Source: Anaerolineae bacterium
Lineage (GTDB): Bacteria; Chloroflexota; Limnocylindria; Limnocylindrales; CSP1-4
Direction of reading: 5' to 3'
NCBI GenBank assembly: GCA_035464455.1
Contig: DATHSE010000297.1
Location: forward strand, 1 to 35,386
Length of the DNA stretch: 35,386 bases
The notes under the pieces were generated by a model. It was not told the origin of the DNA. It saw only the letters and a list, made by a program, of their open reading frames with translations, and did no database searches. Position numbers and translations under genes: made by a program. This document shows positions 24,255 to 33,277 of this stretch, piece by piece. Within the stretch, counting starts at the first letter, position 1; each line of letters opens with the position of its first letter.

Positions 24255-24676
24255 GCGAGTCCCCGCGCTTCGCCCACGCCAGCGAAGCGGAGCTGGCCCG
24301 CATCCTCGACTACTACAAGGTCGAGTGGCGCTACGAGCCCCACACCTACCCCATCCGCTGGAACAGCGAGGGCATGGTGGTGGAGTCGTTCGCGCCAGAC
24401 TTCTACCTGCCGGACCTGGACCTGTACCTCGAGCTGACCACGCTCAAGCAGAGCCTGGTACGCAAGAAGAACCGCAAGCTGCGGCACCTGCGCGAGCTCT
24501 ATCCCATGATCCGGATCAAGCTGTTCTACGCGCGTGATTTCAGGGCCCTGATGCTGAAGTACGGTCGCCTCGATGCTGCCGCCTCGCTCATCGGCATCGA
24601 AGGCCAGCCTCCCCCCAGGCGGGTCGCCGCGGTCGCTTCCGCCGCCGGTCCGCGATCCGGGCAAGCCACCAGCTGA
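24251..24676 (+). CDS. Hypothetical protein with a PD-(D/E)xK / TnsA-N-like nuclease-fold signature
   Basis: TTG 24251 overlaps the previous stop (TTGA), with GGAGAGGAG upstream. The sequence SEAELARILD..(n)..FAPDFYLPDLDLYLELTTLKQ resembles the E...PDF...E-x-K layout of restriction-endonuclease-fold proteins. The third motif is imperfect (ELT..K). Confidence 0.5.
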   Translation: MSESPRFAHASEAELARILDYYKVEWRYEPHTYPIRWNSEGMVVESFAPDFYLPDLDLYLELTTLKQSLVRKKNRKLRHLRELYPMIRIKLFYARDFRALMLKYGRLDAAASLIGIEGQPPPRRVAAVASAAGPRSGQATS

Positions 24677-24722
24677 CCTCCCCTGGGTCAGCCCACACCA
24701 GCCATGAAGGAGGGCGGAGCCT

Positions 24723-25276
<554 letters not shown>

Positions 25277-25280
<4 letters not shown>

Positions 25281-25699
25281 GGCGGGGTCTGGGGCGCGGG
25301 CGAACGCTCATCGCCATCGGCGCCATCATCGGCATCCTCTCGATGCCCCTCAGCTGGCAGAAGGCCGGCGGTGTAGTGCTGGAGGTGCGCACCGCGTGGG
25401 GCTTCGCCGGACCCGGCTGGCTCATGTTCATGGCCGCGGTGCTGATGCTGGCGCTCATCCTGCTGCCCTACACCAGCCGGACGCGGCAGATGGCCATCGA
25501 TCGGGCAGGCGCCTACCTGGCCCTGCTGCTGATAGCGCTCGGCGGCCTCGGTGCCGCCGTCCTCGAGCTCGTCGGTGGGTCGGAGGCATACAGCCTCACG
25601 CCGCTTGATGCGCCCGGCCTGTGGCTCGCCATCGTCGGCATGGCCATCGCGGCCTGGGGTGTCCTGGAGCTGATCGCGGAGAAGCCGACGCCGCCATAG
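25277..25699 (+). CDS. Hypothetical integral membrane protein (about 4 TM)
   Basis: The GTG start overlaps the hpt stop (GTGA). There are four long hydrophobic stretches. No recognisable family motif. Confidence 0.6.
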
Positions 25700-25737
25700 C
25701 CGGGTCCTGGGTGGGGTGCTCCGATCGCCGACTCGGT

Positions 25738-25754
25738 ATACTCCCACGGAGTAT
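25738..25754 (+). promoter_or_regulatory. CsoR-type operator candidate overlapping a -10-like TATACT
   Basis: ATACTCC-cac-GGAGTAT is a perfect 7-bp inverted repeat 22 nt upstream of the csoR GTG. TATACT lies at 25737-25742. Confidence 0.5.
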
Positions 25755-25775
25755 CCAGACGCAGCAGGAGGTAGC

Positions 25776-26129
25776 GTGGCAACGACCCCGGGCAGCAGCC
25801 GCCGGCGAGCGGCCAGCGAACCACGTCCGTACGGCGGCTCCCGCGAGCAGGTGCTGCGCAGGCTGGCCCGCATGGAGGGCCAGGTCCGCGGCGTCGCGCG
25901 TATGATCGAGCGCGATGAGGACTGCATGGACGTGCTGCAGCAGACGGCGGCGCTGCGCGCCGCCGTGGACTCGGTGTCGATGCTGCTGATGGAGGATCAC
26001 GTGCACGGCTGCGTGACCTCGGCGCTCAGGAGCAGCGAGGCTGACGCGCTGGCCAACGAGGTCATGGATGTCGTCCGCCGGGGCATGGGCCGACCGGTGC
26101 GGTCGAGCCGTGCCGGCGGCGAGCCCTGA
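25776..26129 (+). CDS. csoR: CsoR/RcnR-family metal-sensing transcriptional repressor (Cu(I)-type C-H-C ligand pattern)
   Basis: RLARMEGQVRGVARMIERDEDCMDVLQQ...MEDHVHGC has Cys...His-x3-Cys as in Cu-sensing CsoR. GTG 25776 is preceded by AGGAGG. The ORF track start at 25716 was trimmed. Confidence 0.85.
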   Translation: MATTPGSSRRRAASEPRPYGGSREQVLRRLARMEGQVRGVARMIERDEDCMDVLQQTAALRAAVDSVSMLLMEDHVHGCVTSALRSSEADALANEVMDVVRRGMGRPVRSSRAGGEP

Positions 26130-26164
26130 CTTCGCTGGCGATCCGGCACGGCCGTTATCCACCC

Positions 26165-26229
26165 CCGCAGTGAGGTTATCCACACAGCGTTGCGCCGATG
26201 CACCACGGTTCGTGGATAACCGGCTTGAC
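26165..26229. promoter_or_regulatory. Cluster of three DnaA boxes
   Basis: TTATCCACC (26165-26173, + orientation), TTATCCACA (26186-26194, +, a perfect match to consensus TTATNCACA), and CGTGGATAA (26221-26229, which is TTATCCACG on the - strand). All three share GTTATCCAC. Boxes 1 and 2 are 21 bp apart. Confidence 0.6.
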
Positions 26230-26560
26230 GTCTGCGCTCCCCGCTCAGGACACTGCCCTTCCTGCACCATGCGGTGCCTTCCATGGTGTCGTGCAGCGGC
26301 GGAGTACGGTAACGCCACCCGAGACGATGCGGGGAGAGATCAACGCGCGACGACCGTCCGGGCGTCGGAAGACCGAAACGCCGAGGGGTGCGAGGAACGT
26401 TCCAGCGCCGGGAGCGGCTTTGGCCCGGGATCCGTGTTTGCGACGACGACCGCGAACCGGCCACGAGGAGGGTCGCTTCCGGCGCATCTCCCTGTCGTGT
26501 CGCGACCACAGGCGCAGCCCCATGCCGACGCGCAGCCGGCTCTCGAAGGGACCTAGATCG

Positions 26561-27400
26561 ATGACCGGATCGCGCGCTGCTGCACGGCAGGAGCTGCCCA
26601 CCGATGCGGACCAGCTCGAGCCCATGGGCGAGGAGTTCGACCTGGCGCTGGAGGCCGGTCTGGATGAGCTGGGCCTGCTGAACGGGCCGGCCGCGGCTCC
26701 GCTCGCGAGGCGATCGTACGAAGCACACGCGCGCCTGCTGCGGGACTGGAGCGCGGCCATCAACCTGACTGCCATCCGGGAGCCGGCAGCGATCGCACGT
26801 CGGCACACCTGCGACTCGCTCAGCGCGGTGGACCGCCTGGCCGGGCTCACGGTGCCTGGAGCCACGCTTCTCGACCTCGGCTCGGGCGGCGGCTATCCCG
26901 GCCTGCCGCTGGCCGCGGCGCTGCCGCTGACGCGCGTGGCGCTGGTCGACTCGGTGGGCAAGAAGGCACGCTTCCTGCGCGTGGCAGCCACTGCCGTGGC
27001 CTCCGTCCTCGCGACGGCGGCCGACGCCGCTCCCACCATCGAGACCATGTCGGAGCGTGCCGAGGATCTCGCCGAGGAGCCGGACCAGCGGGCTGCCTGG
27101 GGCATCGTCACCGCCCGTGCCGTGGGCTCCCTGGCGGAGGTCATCGAGCTGGCCATGCCGCTGGTGCGCGAGGGAGGCGCGGTCGTGGCCTGGAAGCGCG
27201 AGGAGGAGCGAGGCGGCCTGCGCGCCGAGCTTCGCGACGCCGGCTCGATCATCCGCGCCAGCGGTGGCGGACGTCCCGAGGTGCTGACCATCGAGGCCAG
27301 CTTCCTTGCCGGCCATCGGCTGGTCGTCGTGCCCAAGCAGCGTCCCACCCCAGCCGGCTACCCGCGTCCAGCCAGCATCCGCCGGCGACGCAAGCGCTGA
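26561..27400 (+). CDS. rsmG: 16S rRNA (guanine527-N7)-methyltransferase RsmG (GidB)
   Basis: SAM motif LLDLGSGGGYPGLPLA, LTAIREP..RH..DSL, and VDSVGKKARFL. The ORF track ORF 26198..27400 was trimmed to ATG 26561 (GAAGGGA upstream). The discarded part contains the DnaA boxes and Arg-rich junk. Confidence 0.85.
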   Translation: MTGSRAAARQELPTDADQLEPMGEEFDLALEAGLDELGLLNGPAAAPLARRSYEAHARLLRDWSAAINLTAIREPAAIARRHTCDSLSAVDRLAGLTVPGATLLDLGSGGGYPGLPLAAALPLTRVALVDSVGKKARFLRVAATAVASVLATAADAAPTIETMSERAEDLAEEPDQRAAWGIVTARAVGSLAEVIELAMPLVREGGAVVAWKREEERGGLRAELRDAGSIIRASGGGRPEVLTIEASFLAGHRLVVVPKQRPTPAGYPRPASIRRRRKR

Positions 27401-27475
27401 CGACGGCAGCACGCGGTCGCCCGCGCCGCCATGACCCGCCGCCTCGCTGTGCGGCGCCCTGCTAACCTCGCGCCG

Positions 27476-28198
27476 ATGCGCGTCGCCGTCGTCTCCGACA
27501 TCCACGCCAACCTGCCCGCCCTCGAGGCCGTCCTCGAGGCCGTGGGAGGATGCGACCAGCTGTGGGCTCTAGGCGATGTCGTCGGCTACGGTCCCCATCC
27601 CGACGCGGTGGTCGAACGACTACGGGCAGCGAGCGCCGTCGCCGTCCAGGGCAACCATGACGCTGCGGTCCTTGGGCGCATCCCCACCGGTACCTTCAAC
27701 GAGACTGCGCGCGCGGCCGTGGAGTGGACGGCGAAGACGATGAGACGCCAGAACCTCGACTGGCTGGCCGGGCTGCCCGAGACGCGAGTCGAGGGCGACT
27801 TCACACTGGCGCATGGCAGCCCGCGCGACCCGCTCTGGGAGTACCTCTTCTCGATCCCCGCCGCCCGCATCAACCTGGCTGCCTTCGGGACGCCCTACTG
27901 CGTCGTGGGACATACCCACCATCAGCTCACCTTCCGCGACGACAGGGGCCAGGTGGAAGCCCTGCTGGCTGAGGCTGGTGACCGGCTGATCCTCGACGAG
28001 CGACGCTGCATCCTGAACCCGGGCTCGGTGGGCCAGCCTCGCGACGGGGACCCACGGGCCTGCGCCATGATCATCGATACCGCGTCGGCTGAGGTCGAGT
28101 GGCTGCGAGTCGAGTACGACATCGCCAAGACGCAGGCGGCCATCCGCCTCTTGCCGTTGCCCCGGTTCCTCGCGGACCGGCTGGAGCTGGGGGTCTAG
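27476..28198 (+). CDS. Calcineurin-like metallophosphoesterase (YfcE/MJ0936-like)
   Basis: All the metallophosphoesterase motifs are present: VVSDIHAN, LGDVVGYG, GNHD, and VVGHTHH. The gene ends 6 nt before the first KimA-like gene. Confidence 0.85.
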   Translation: MRVAVVSDIHANLPALEAVLEAVGGCDQLWALGDVVGYGPHPDAVVERLRAASAVAVQGNHDAAVLGRIPTGTFNETARAAVEWTAKTMRRQNLDWLAGLPETRVEGDFTLAHGSPRDPLWEYLFSIPAARINLAAFGTPYCVVGHTHHQLTFRDDRGQVEALLAEAGDRLILDERRCILNPGSVGQPRDGDPRACAMIIDTASAEVEWLRVEYDIAKTQAAIRLLPLPRFLADRLELGV

Positions 28199-28204
28199 CG
28201 CCGC

Positions 28205-30367
28205 GTGGGAGCTGACAGGCGCTCCGACGGCGAACGCGGCAGGCAGACGCCGGGCGACACGCGCAGGAGCAGCGACACGACCCAGGGCGCGCCACGACCG
28301 GCGGCGCAGCTCCGCGGCCGCAAACCGGGGGACCGTCGCGTCAGGGTGGAGCGCCCCCAGGCCGAGTACTTCCGCTACTCCAGCCGGGACACGCTGGTGG
28401 CGAGGCCGCGCGCTCACGAGGAGAAGCGCACGCTGGGACGTGCCTGGGCTCTCGGCCGTCGCCTGCTCTTCGGACGGCCGCTGGCGTCGGAGGAGGAGGC
28501 CGACGAGCGCCTGCCCAAGAAGAAGGCGCTGGCCATCTTCAGCTCCGACGCCATCAGCTCCAGCGCCTATGCCACCGAGGAGATCCTGCGGGCGCTGGTC
28601 CTGGCGGGAGCGACCGCCGGCGTCGGCACGGCCTATCTCGGTCTGGCGCTCCCGGTCTCGATCGGCCTTGCCATCCTGTTGGGGGTGGTGGCGCTGTCCT
28701 ACCGCATGATCGTCGTCGCGTACCCCACCGGTGGTGGCTCGTACTCGGTGTCGAAGGCGTCCTTCGGACGGATGCCATCGCTGGTGGCGGCATCGGCGCT
28801 GCTGGTCGGCTACGTGCTCACGGTCGCGGTCTCAGTGTCGTCGGCGGCAGACCAGATCATCTCTGCCGTGCCTGCGCTGGCACCCTTCCACGCCGCCCTC
28901 GCGGTCGGCGCGGTGCTGCTCATCACCCTCGCCAATCTCCGGGGCGTGCGCGAGGCCGGAAACATCTTCGCCATCCCCACGTACCTCTTCCTGGGCACGG
29001 CCCTGCTGATGATCGGCCTGGGTGCCTACCAGGTGCTGGTGGAGGGGGCGGGCGCGGCCTATGCCTCCATCAGTGAGACCGCGGTCGATCTGAGCAGCCT
29101 GGCACTGGTGCTGCTCGCGGTGCGCGCCTTCTCTGCCGGAGCCGTCGGCCTCACCGGCACCGAGGCCATCGCCACCGGCGTCCCAGCGTTCCAGCCGCCG
29201 GAGGCCAAGAACGCCGCCACGACCCTGGCCATCATGTCGGTCATCCTGGGCACGCTCTTCGTGGGCATCACGTTCCTGGCCCACGGCTTCGGGATCATCC
29301 CGTCCGCGGAGGTGACCGTCATCGCCCAGGCCGCGGAGGCCGTCTTCGGCACGGGCTCGCTCGGCTTCTTCCTCTTCCTCGCGTTCACCACGCTGATCCT
29401 GATGCTGGCAGCGAACACCTCCTTTGCCGCCTTCCCCGTGCTGGCAGCGGTGCTGGCGGCCGATCGCTTCTTCCCGCGCTCGTTCGCGTTCCGCGGTGAG
29501 CGACTGGCCTACACGCTGGGTATCGTGGTGCTGGGCCTGCTGGCATCGGTCCTCATCGTCGCCTTCGGCGGGAATACCAGCGCCCTCATCCCGCTCTACG
29601 CGGTAGCGATCTTCACCGATTTCACCATCAGCCAGTCCGGCATGGTCCGACACTGGCTGCGCAACAAGACTGCCGGCTGGCAGCCGCGCCTGGCCGTCAA
29701 CGCCGTCGGCGCCCTCATCACCGGCATCATCCTCGTCTCGGTGACCGTCTCCCGGGCACCCGAGTCGTTGCTGGTGATCGTGGTGCTGCCGATCCAGGTC
29801 GCGGTCATGTGGTTCATCCGCCGCGAGTACGACACCGTCAGCGTCGAGCTGGAGGTTGAGGAGGGCCAGGTCTTCGTGGCGCCCGCCAAGGCCAAGCGCG
29901 TCATCGTGCCGGTGATGGACATGACGCGCGCGACCATCCAGTCGGTGCAATTCGGTCGCTCGCTGTCCGAGGATGTCAAGGCCGTCCACATCACTGCCGA
30001 CGCGGAGGCCGGCGAGCAGCTGCGTGAGCGCTGGCAGCGCGTGCTGCCCGGCGTGCCACTGGTCATCGTGGAGACGCCCTATCGCTCGCTGGTGCTGCCC
30101 TTCCTGCACTACCTCGACGTGATGGCGCCCACGCCACCAGACACCATCACCATCGTGGTGCTGCCGGAGTACGTGCCGCGCCACTGGTGGGACCGACTCC
30201 TGTACAACCAGCTCGCGGCCAAGCTCAAGCGTGCCATCGTGGGCCGACCCGACACCGTGGTCGCGGATGTACCGTACGGTAGCGAGCGCACGCATCGAGG
30301 CATGGACCTGCGCCTGCCACGCGGTCGGCGCCAGGAAGAGGACGAGGCGTCAGCCAGCGTGGAGTAG
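28205..30367 (+). CDS. kimA: KimA-family (APC superfamily) K+/H+ symporter-like permease with a cytoplasmic C-terminal domain, copy 1
   Basis: The N-terminal hallmark LFGRPLASEEE..LPKKKALAIFSSDAISSSAYATEEIL is present. So are YRMIVVAYPTGGGSYSVSK, LLVGYVLTVAVSVSSA, NLRGVREAGNIF, LTGTEAIATGVPAF, LAANTSFAAFP and IPLYAVAIFTDFTISQSGM. The C-terminal soluble domain reads RVIVPVMDMTRATIQSVQFGRSLS...ETPYRSLVLPF. These match my recollection of B. subtilis KimA (YdaO). GTG start at 28205. Confidence 0.75.
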   Translation: MGADRRSDGERGRQTPGDTRRSSDTTQGAPRPAAQLRGRKPGDRRVRVERPQAEYFRYSSRDTLVARPRAHEEKRTLGRAWALGRRLLFGRPLASEEEADERLPKKKALAIFSSDAISSSAYATEEILRALVLAGATAGVGTAYLGLALPVSIGLAILLGVVALSYRMIVVAYPTGGGSYSVSKASFGRMPSLVAASALLVGYVLTVAVSVSSAADQIISAVPALAPFHAALAVGAVLLITLANLRGVREAGNIFAIPTYLFLGTALLMIGLGAYQVLVEGAGAAYASISETAVDLSSLALVLLAVRAFSAGAVGLTGTEAIATGVPAFQPPEAKNAATTLAIMSVILGTLFVGITFLAHGFGIIPSAEVTVIAQAAEAVFGTGSLGFFLFLAFTTLILMLAANTSFAAFPVLAAVLAADRFFPRSFAFRGERLAYTLGIVVLGLLASVLIVAFGGNTSALIPLYAVAIFTDFTISQSGMVRHWLRNKTAGWQPRLAVNAVGALITGIILVSVTVSRAPESLLVIVVLPIQVAVMWFIRREYDTVSVELEVEEGQVFVAPAKAKRVIVPVMDMTRATIQSVQFGRSLSEDVKAVHITADAEAGEQLRERWQRVLPGVPLVIVETPYRSLVLPFLHYLDVMAPTPPDTITIVVLPEYVPRHWWDRLLYNQLAAKLKRAIVGRPDTVVADVPYGSERTHRGMDLRLPRGRRQEEDEASASVE

Positions 30368-30589
30368 GGCCAACCCGTCACCCGGGTAGCCCGCGGTCGG
30401 CCGGCCTGCGGCCCCTGTTGCCCCCGCTGCCCTGCCGCCCCTTGCCGGACGGCGCATACTGGCGGATCGAAGACCGGTCTGGACGCATTCGACCCACTGG
30501 CCCCGAGCGCCGGACCGCCCTGCTGAGGAACTGTGGCACGCCCGCGCCGCCCTGCGGTGACGAGCGTGCGGGCATGCCGCTGATCCGGC

Positions 30590-32722
30590 ATGCAGATGCC
30601 CATGACGAGTGACCACGGCGAGCCCGGGCCGCCAACTCCCGCCGAAGACACGAAGCAACCCCCCAAGGCCCGCGGACTGAGCGGTCAGAAGCCGGGCAAT
30701 CGACGCGTGCGCGTCGACCGACCTCGCAGTGAGTACTTCCGCTATACGCCCTCTGGCGCCCTCGAGGCACGGCCCAAGGCGCACCAGGAGGTTGAGCCCC
30801 GCGGGCGCATCCTGGCGACCACGCGGCGCGTGCTCTTCGGCCGGCCGCTGGCGTCGGCCGAGGAGATCGGTGAGCGCCTCTCCAAGAAGAAGGCGCTGGC
30901 CATCTTCAGCTCCGACGCCATCAGCTCCAGCGCCTACGCGACCGAGGAGATCCTGCGGGCCCTGCTGCTGGCCGGCATCGGCATCGCCGCCCTCAACCTG
31001 GCCCTGCCAGTGGCCATCAGCATCGCGCTGCTGCTGGGTGTGGTAGCCATCAGCTACCGCCAGGTGGTGATGGCCTACCCTACTGGCGGCGGCTCCTACT
31101 CGGTATCGAAGGCCAACCTCGGCCGCCGGGCATCGCTCATCGCGGCATCCGCCCTGCTCATCGACTACGTGCTGACGGTGGCGGTGTCGATCTCGTCCGC
31201 CTCCGAGCAGATCGTGGCCGCCGTGCCTGCGCTCGGTGAGTGGCAGGTAGCCATCGCCGTCGTCGTCGTGGCGGCCATCACCATGGCCAACCTGCGCGGC
31301 GTACGCGAAGCCGGCAACATCTTCGCCGTCCCCACCTACCTGTTCGTGGGCACGGCCCTGCTGATGATCGTGCTCGGCGCATGGCAGATCATCGTCGGTG
31401 GCGAGGGTGCCTCCTATCCCGACATCGCCGACTCATCCATGGATCTCGCCAGCGTCGCCATCCTGCTGCTGGCCATGCGGGCCTTCGCCTCTGGCGCGGT
31501 GGCCCTGACGGGTATCGAAGCCATCGCCACTGGCGTGCCGGCTTTCGAGCCACCCGAGTCGAGGAATGCCGCTACCACGCTGGCGGTCATGGCCGTGCTG
31601 CTGGGGGTGCTCTTCATCGGCATCACCTTCCTCGCCAGCGGCTTCGCCATCGTGCCCAGCGAGGAGGCCACCGTGCTTTCGATGGTGGCCGGCAACGTCT
31701 TCGGCTTCGCGTCCATCGGCTTCTACCTCTTCCTGACCTTCGCAGCGGTCATCCTGATGCTGGCTGCCAACACGTCCTTCGCGGCCTTCCCGCGCCTGGC
31801 CGCCGTGCTCGCCGCTGACAACTTCTTCCCACGTCGCTTCGCCTATCGGGGTGACCGCCTCGCCTTCACCGCCGGCATCGTGGTGCTGGGCTTGCTGGCA
31901 GCCATCCTCATCGTGCTGTTCGGCGGCGACACGCACGCCCTCATCCCGCTCTACGCAGTGGGCGTGTTCATCGACTTCACCATCAGCCAGACGGGCATGA
32001 TCCGACACTGGCTGCGCGAGCGGCCACCGGGTTTCCAGCGGCGGCTGACGGTGAACGCCGTCGGTGCCGTCATCACCGCCCTGGTGGCCATCGACGTGGC
32101 CGTGGTCAAGGCGCCGGCCTCGCTCATCGTGCTGCTGCTCATCCCCGTGCTGGTGGGGATCATGTGGTTCATCCGCCACGAGTACGACACCGCGGCCCTC
32201 GAGCTGGAGGTCGATCGCAGCCGCGTCTACGGCCCACCCACGAAGAGCAGCCGGGTGATCATCCCGGTGCCGAGCCTTTCCAAGGCTGTCATCCGCTCGG
32301 TCCAGTTCGGGCGCTCGCTGTCAGATGATGTGCGGGCCGTCCACCTCACCATCGACCCCGAGGCGGCAGAGGAGCTGCGCCGTGACTGGGAGCGCATGCT
32401 GCCCGGCGTGCCGCTGGTCATCGTGGAGACGCCCTATCGCTCGCTGGTGCTGCCCTTCCTGCACTACCTCGACGTGATGGCACCCACGCCACCAGACACC
32501 ATCACCATCGTGGTGCTGCCGGAGTACGTGCCGCGGCACTGGTGGGACCGTTTCCTGCACAACCAGAAGGCGCACCGGATCCGCGAGGCACTCGTGCGCC
32601 GGCCTGACACGGTCGTGGCAGACGTCCCGTACGGCGGCCCCAGCAACGGTAACGGCAGCGGCAGCGACAGCGGCGAGCAGCGGCCGCAGAAGCCCCGGCT
32701 CCGCTCGGGCTGGCGGCGCTAG
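30590..32722 (+). CDS. kimA: KimA-family (APC superfamily) K+/H+ symporter-like permease with a cytoplasmic C-terminal domain, copy 2
   Basis: Collinear paralogue of the previous gene with the same motif set (LFGRPLASAEE..LSKKKALAIFSSDAISSSAYATEEIL and the rest). Possible starts are ATG 30590, 30596 or 30602. An 8-bp inverted repeat (GCATGCCG-ctgatc-CGGCATGC, 30572-30593) covers the first ATG. Confidence 0.75.
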   Translation: MQMPMTSDHGEPGPPTPAEDTKQPPKARGLSGQKPGNRRVRVDRPRSEYFRYTPSGALEARPKAHQEVEPRGRILATTRRVLFGRPLASAEEIGERLSKKKALAIFSSDAISSSAYATEEILRALLLAGIGIAALNLALPVAISIALLLGVVAISYRQVVMAYPTGGGSYSVSKANLGRRASLIAASALLIDYVLTVAVSISSASEQIVAAVPALGEWQVAIAVVVVAAITMANLRGVREAGNIFAVPTYLFVGTALLMIVLGAWQIIVGGEGASYPDIADSSMDLASVAILLLAMRAFASGAVALTGIEAIATGVPAFEPPESRNAATTLAVMAVLLGVLFIGITFLASGFAIVPSEEATVLSMVAGNVFGFASIGFYLFLTFAAVILMLAANTSFAAFPRLAAVLAADNFFPRRFAYRGDRLAFTAGIVVLGLLAAILIVLFGGDTHALIPLYAVGVFIDFTISQTGMIRHWLRERPPGFQRRLTVNAVGAVITALVAIDVAVVKAPASLIVLLLIPVLVGIMWFIRHEYDTAALELEVDRSRVYGPPTKSSRVIIPVPSLSKAVIRSVQFGRSLSDDVRAVHLTIDPEAAEELRRDWERMLPGVPLVIVETPYRSLVLPFLHYLDVMAPTPPDTITIVVLPEYVPRHWWDRFLHNQKAHRIREALVRRPDTVVADVPYGGPSNGNGSGSDSGEQRPQKPRLRSGWRR

Positions 32723-32787
32723 AGCGACCCGTCCAGGATGCGCTGGCTGCGACGCGCCCGATGGCGAGGCGGTGGTAGGCTTCGGCC

Positions 32788-33273
32788 GTGCCCAAGACGA
32801 TCCCAACCAAGCCTGTCAGGCGCGCCGTCCTCAGCCTCAACGGTGGACCCACCGACGAGCTCGTCATCGAGTGCGGCTGCAAGCTGGCACGGGCCGACCA
32901 GAGCCAGCTGGTCGCCATCTACGTGCTCGAGGTCGACTGGCGCCATGATCTCGATGACGACCTCGAAGAGCAGCGTGAGGAGGCCTCGCGCGCGCTGGAC
33001 CTGGCTGAAGGCATGGCCGAGAAGGAAAAGGTGCCGCTCGAGTCGCAGTTGCTGCAGGCGCGCGACGTGGGAGCGGCTCTGGTCGATGAGGCGGTCGCGC
33101 TCGACGCCGATGCCATCGTGCTGGGCTTGCCCTACCGGGTCCGCTTCGGGGGTGACTTCGCCCTCAGTCAGACCGTCCTGTACGTATTCAAGAACGCGCC
33201 CTGTCGTGTCTTCGTGGTCCGAGAGCCGGTCGCGAGGAGCGAGGAACGCGAAGAGAGCATGAAGAGGGTCTAG
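32788..33273 (+). CDS. Universal stress protein (UspA family)
   Basis: USP layout: RRAVLSLNGGPTDELVIECG..LVAIYVLEV...DADAIVLGLP...VLYVFKNAPCRVFVV. The G-2x-G-9x-G(S/T) ATP motif looks degenerate. GTG start. Confidence 0.8.
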   Translation: MPKTIPTKPVRRAVLSLNGGPTDELVIECGCKLARADQSQLVAIYVLEVDWRHDLDDDLEEQREEASRALDLAEGMAEKEKVPLESQLLQARDVGAALVDEAVALDADAIVLGLPYRVRFGGDFALSQTVLYVFKNAPCRVFVVREPVARSEEREESMKRV

Positions 33274-33277
33274 AACG

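Noticed and set aside
26198-26560. N-terminal 121 codons of the 400-aa ORF that ends as rsmG
   Set aside because: The RsmG homology starts only after ATG 26561, which has a purine-rich Shine-Dalgarno. The upstream part is Arg-rich and contains the DnaA boxes. It is treated as non-coding.
26130-26560. An AT-rich DNA-unwinding element that would confirm oriC
   Set aside because: No AT-rich 13-mer-like tract is visible in the gap. The oriC interpretation is therefore kept as one of several possibilities rather than reported as a feature.
25997-27505. 502-aa minus-strand ORF across csoR, rsmG and the metallophosphoesterase start. Similar long antisense ORFs are 9..1226 -, 1817..2653 -, 3219..4214 +, 3406..4839 +, 5184..6434 +, 12682..13521 +, 22080..23051 +, 28832..30295 -, 31433..32179 - and 33885..34712 -
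   Set aside because: All of them overlap genes with clear family signatures on the other strand or in another frame. All have Arg/Gly/Pro/His-dominated composition. None has a convincing Shine-Dalgarno plus start context.
30368-30589. Possible ydaO-type (c-di-AMP) riboswitch upstream of the second kimA-like gene, as in B. subtilis kimA
   Set aside because: I could not find the conserved strings I remember for that class (GGGGACCCA, GGGGUGAAUC, CCGACAGCUAACC). An Infernal scan would be needed to exclude it formally.
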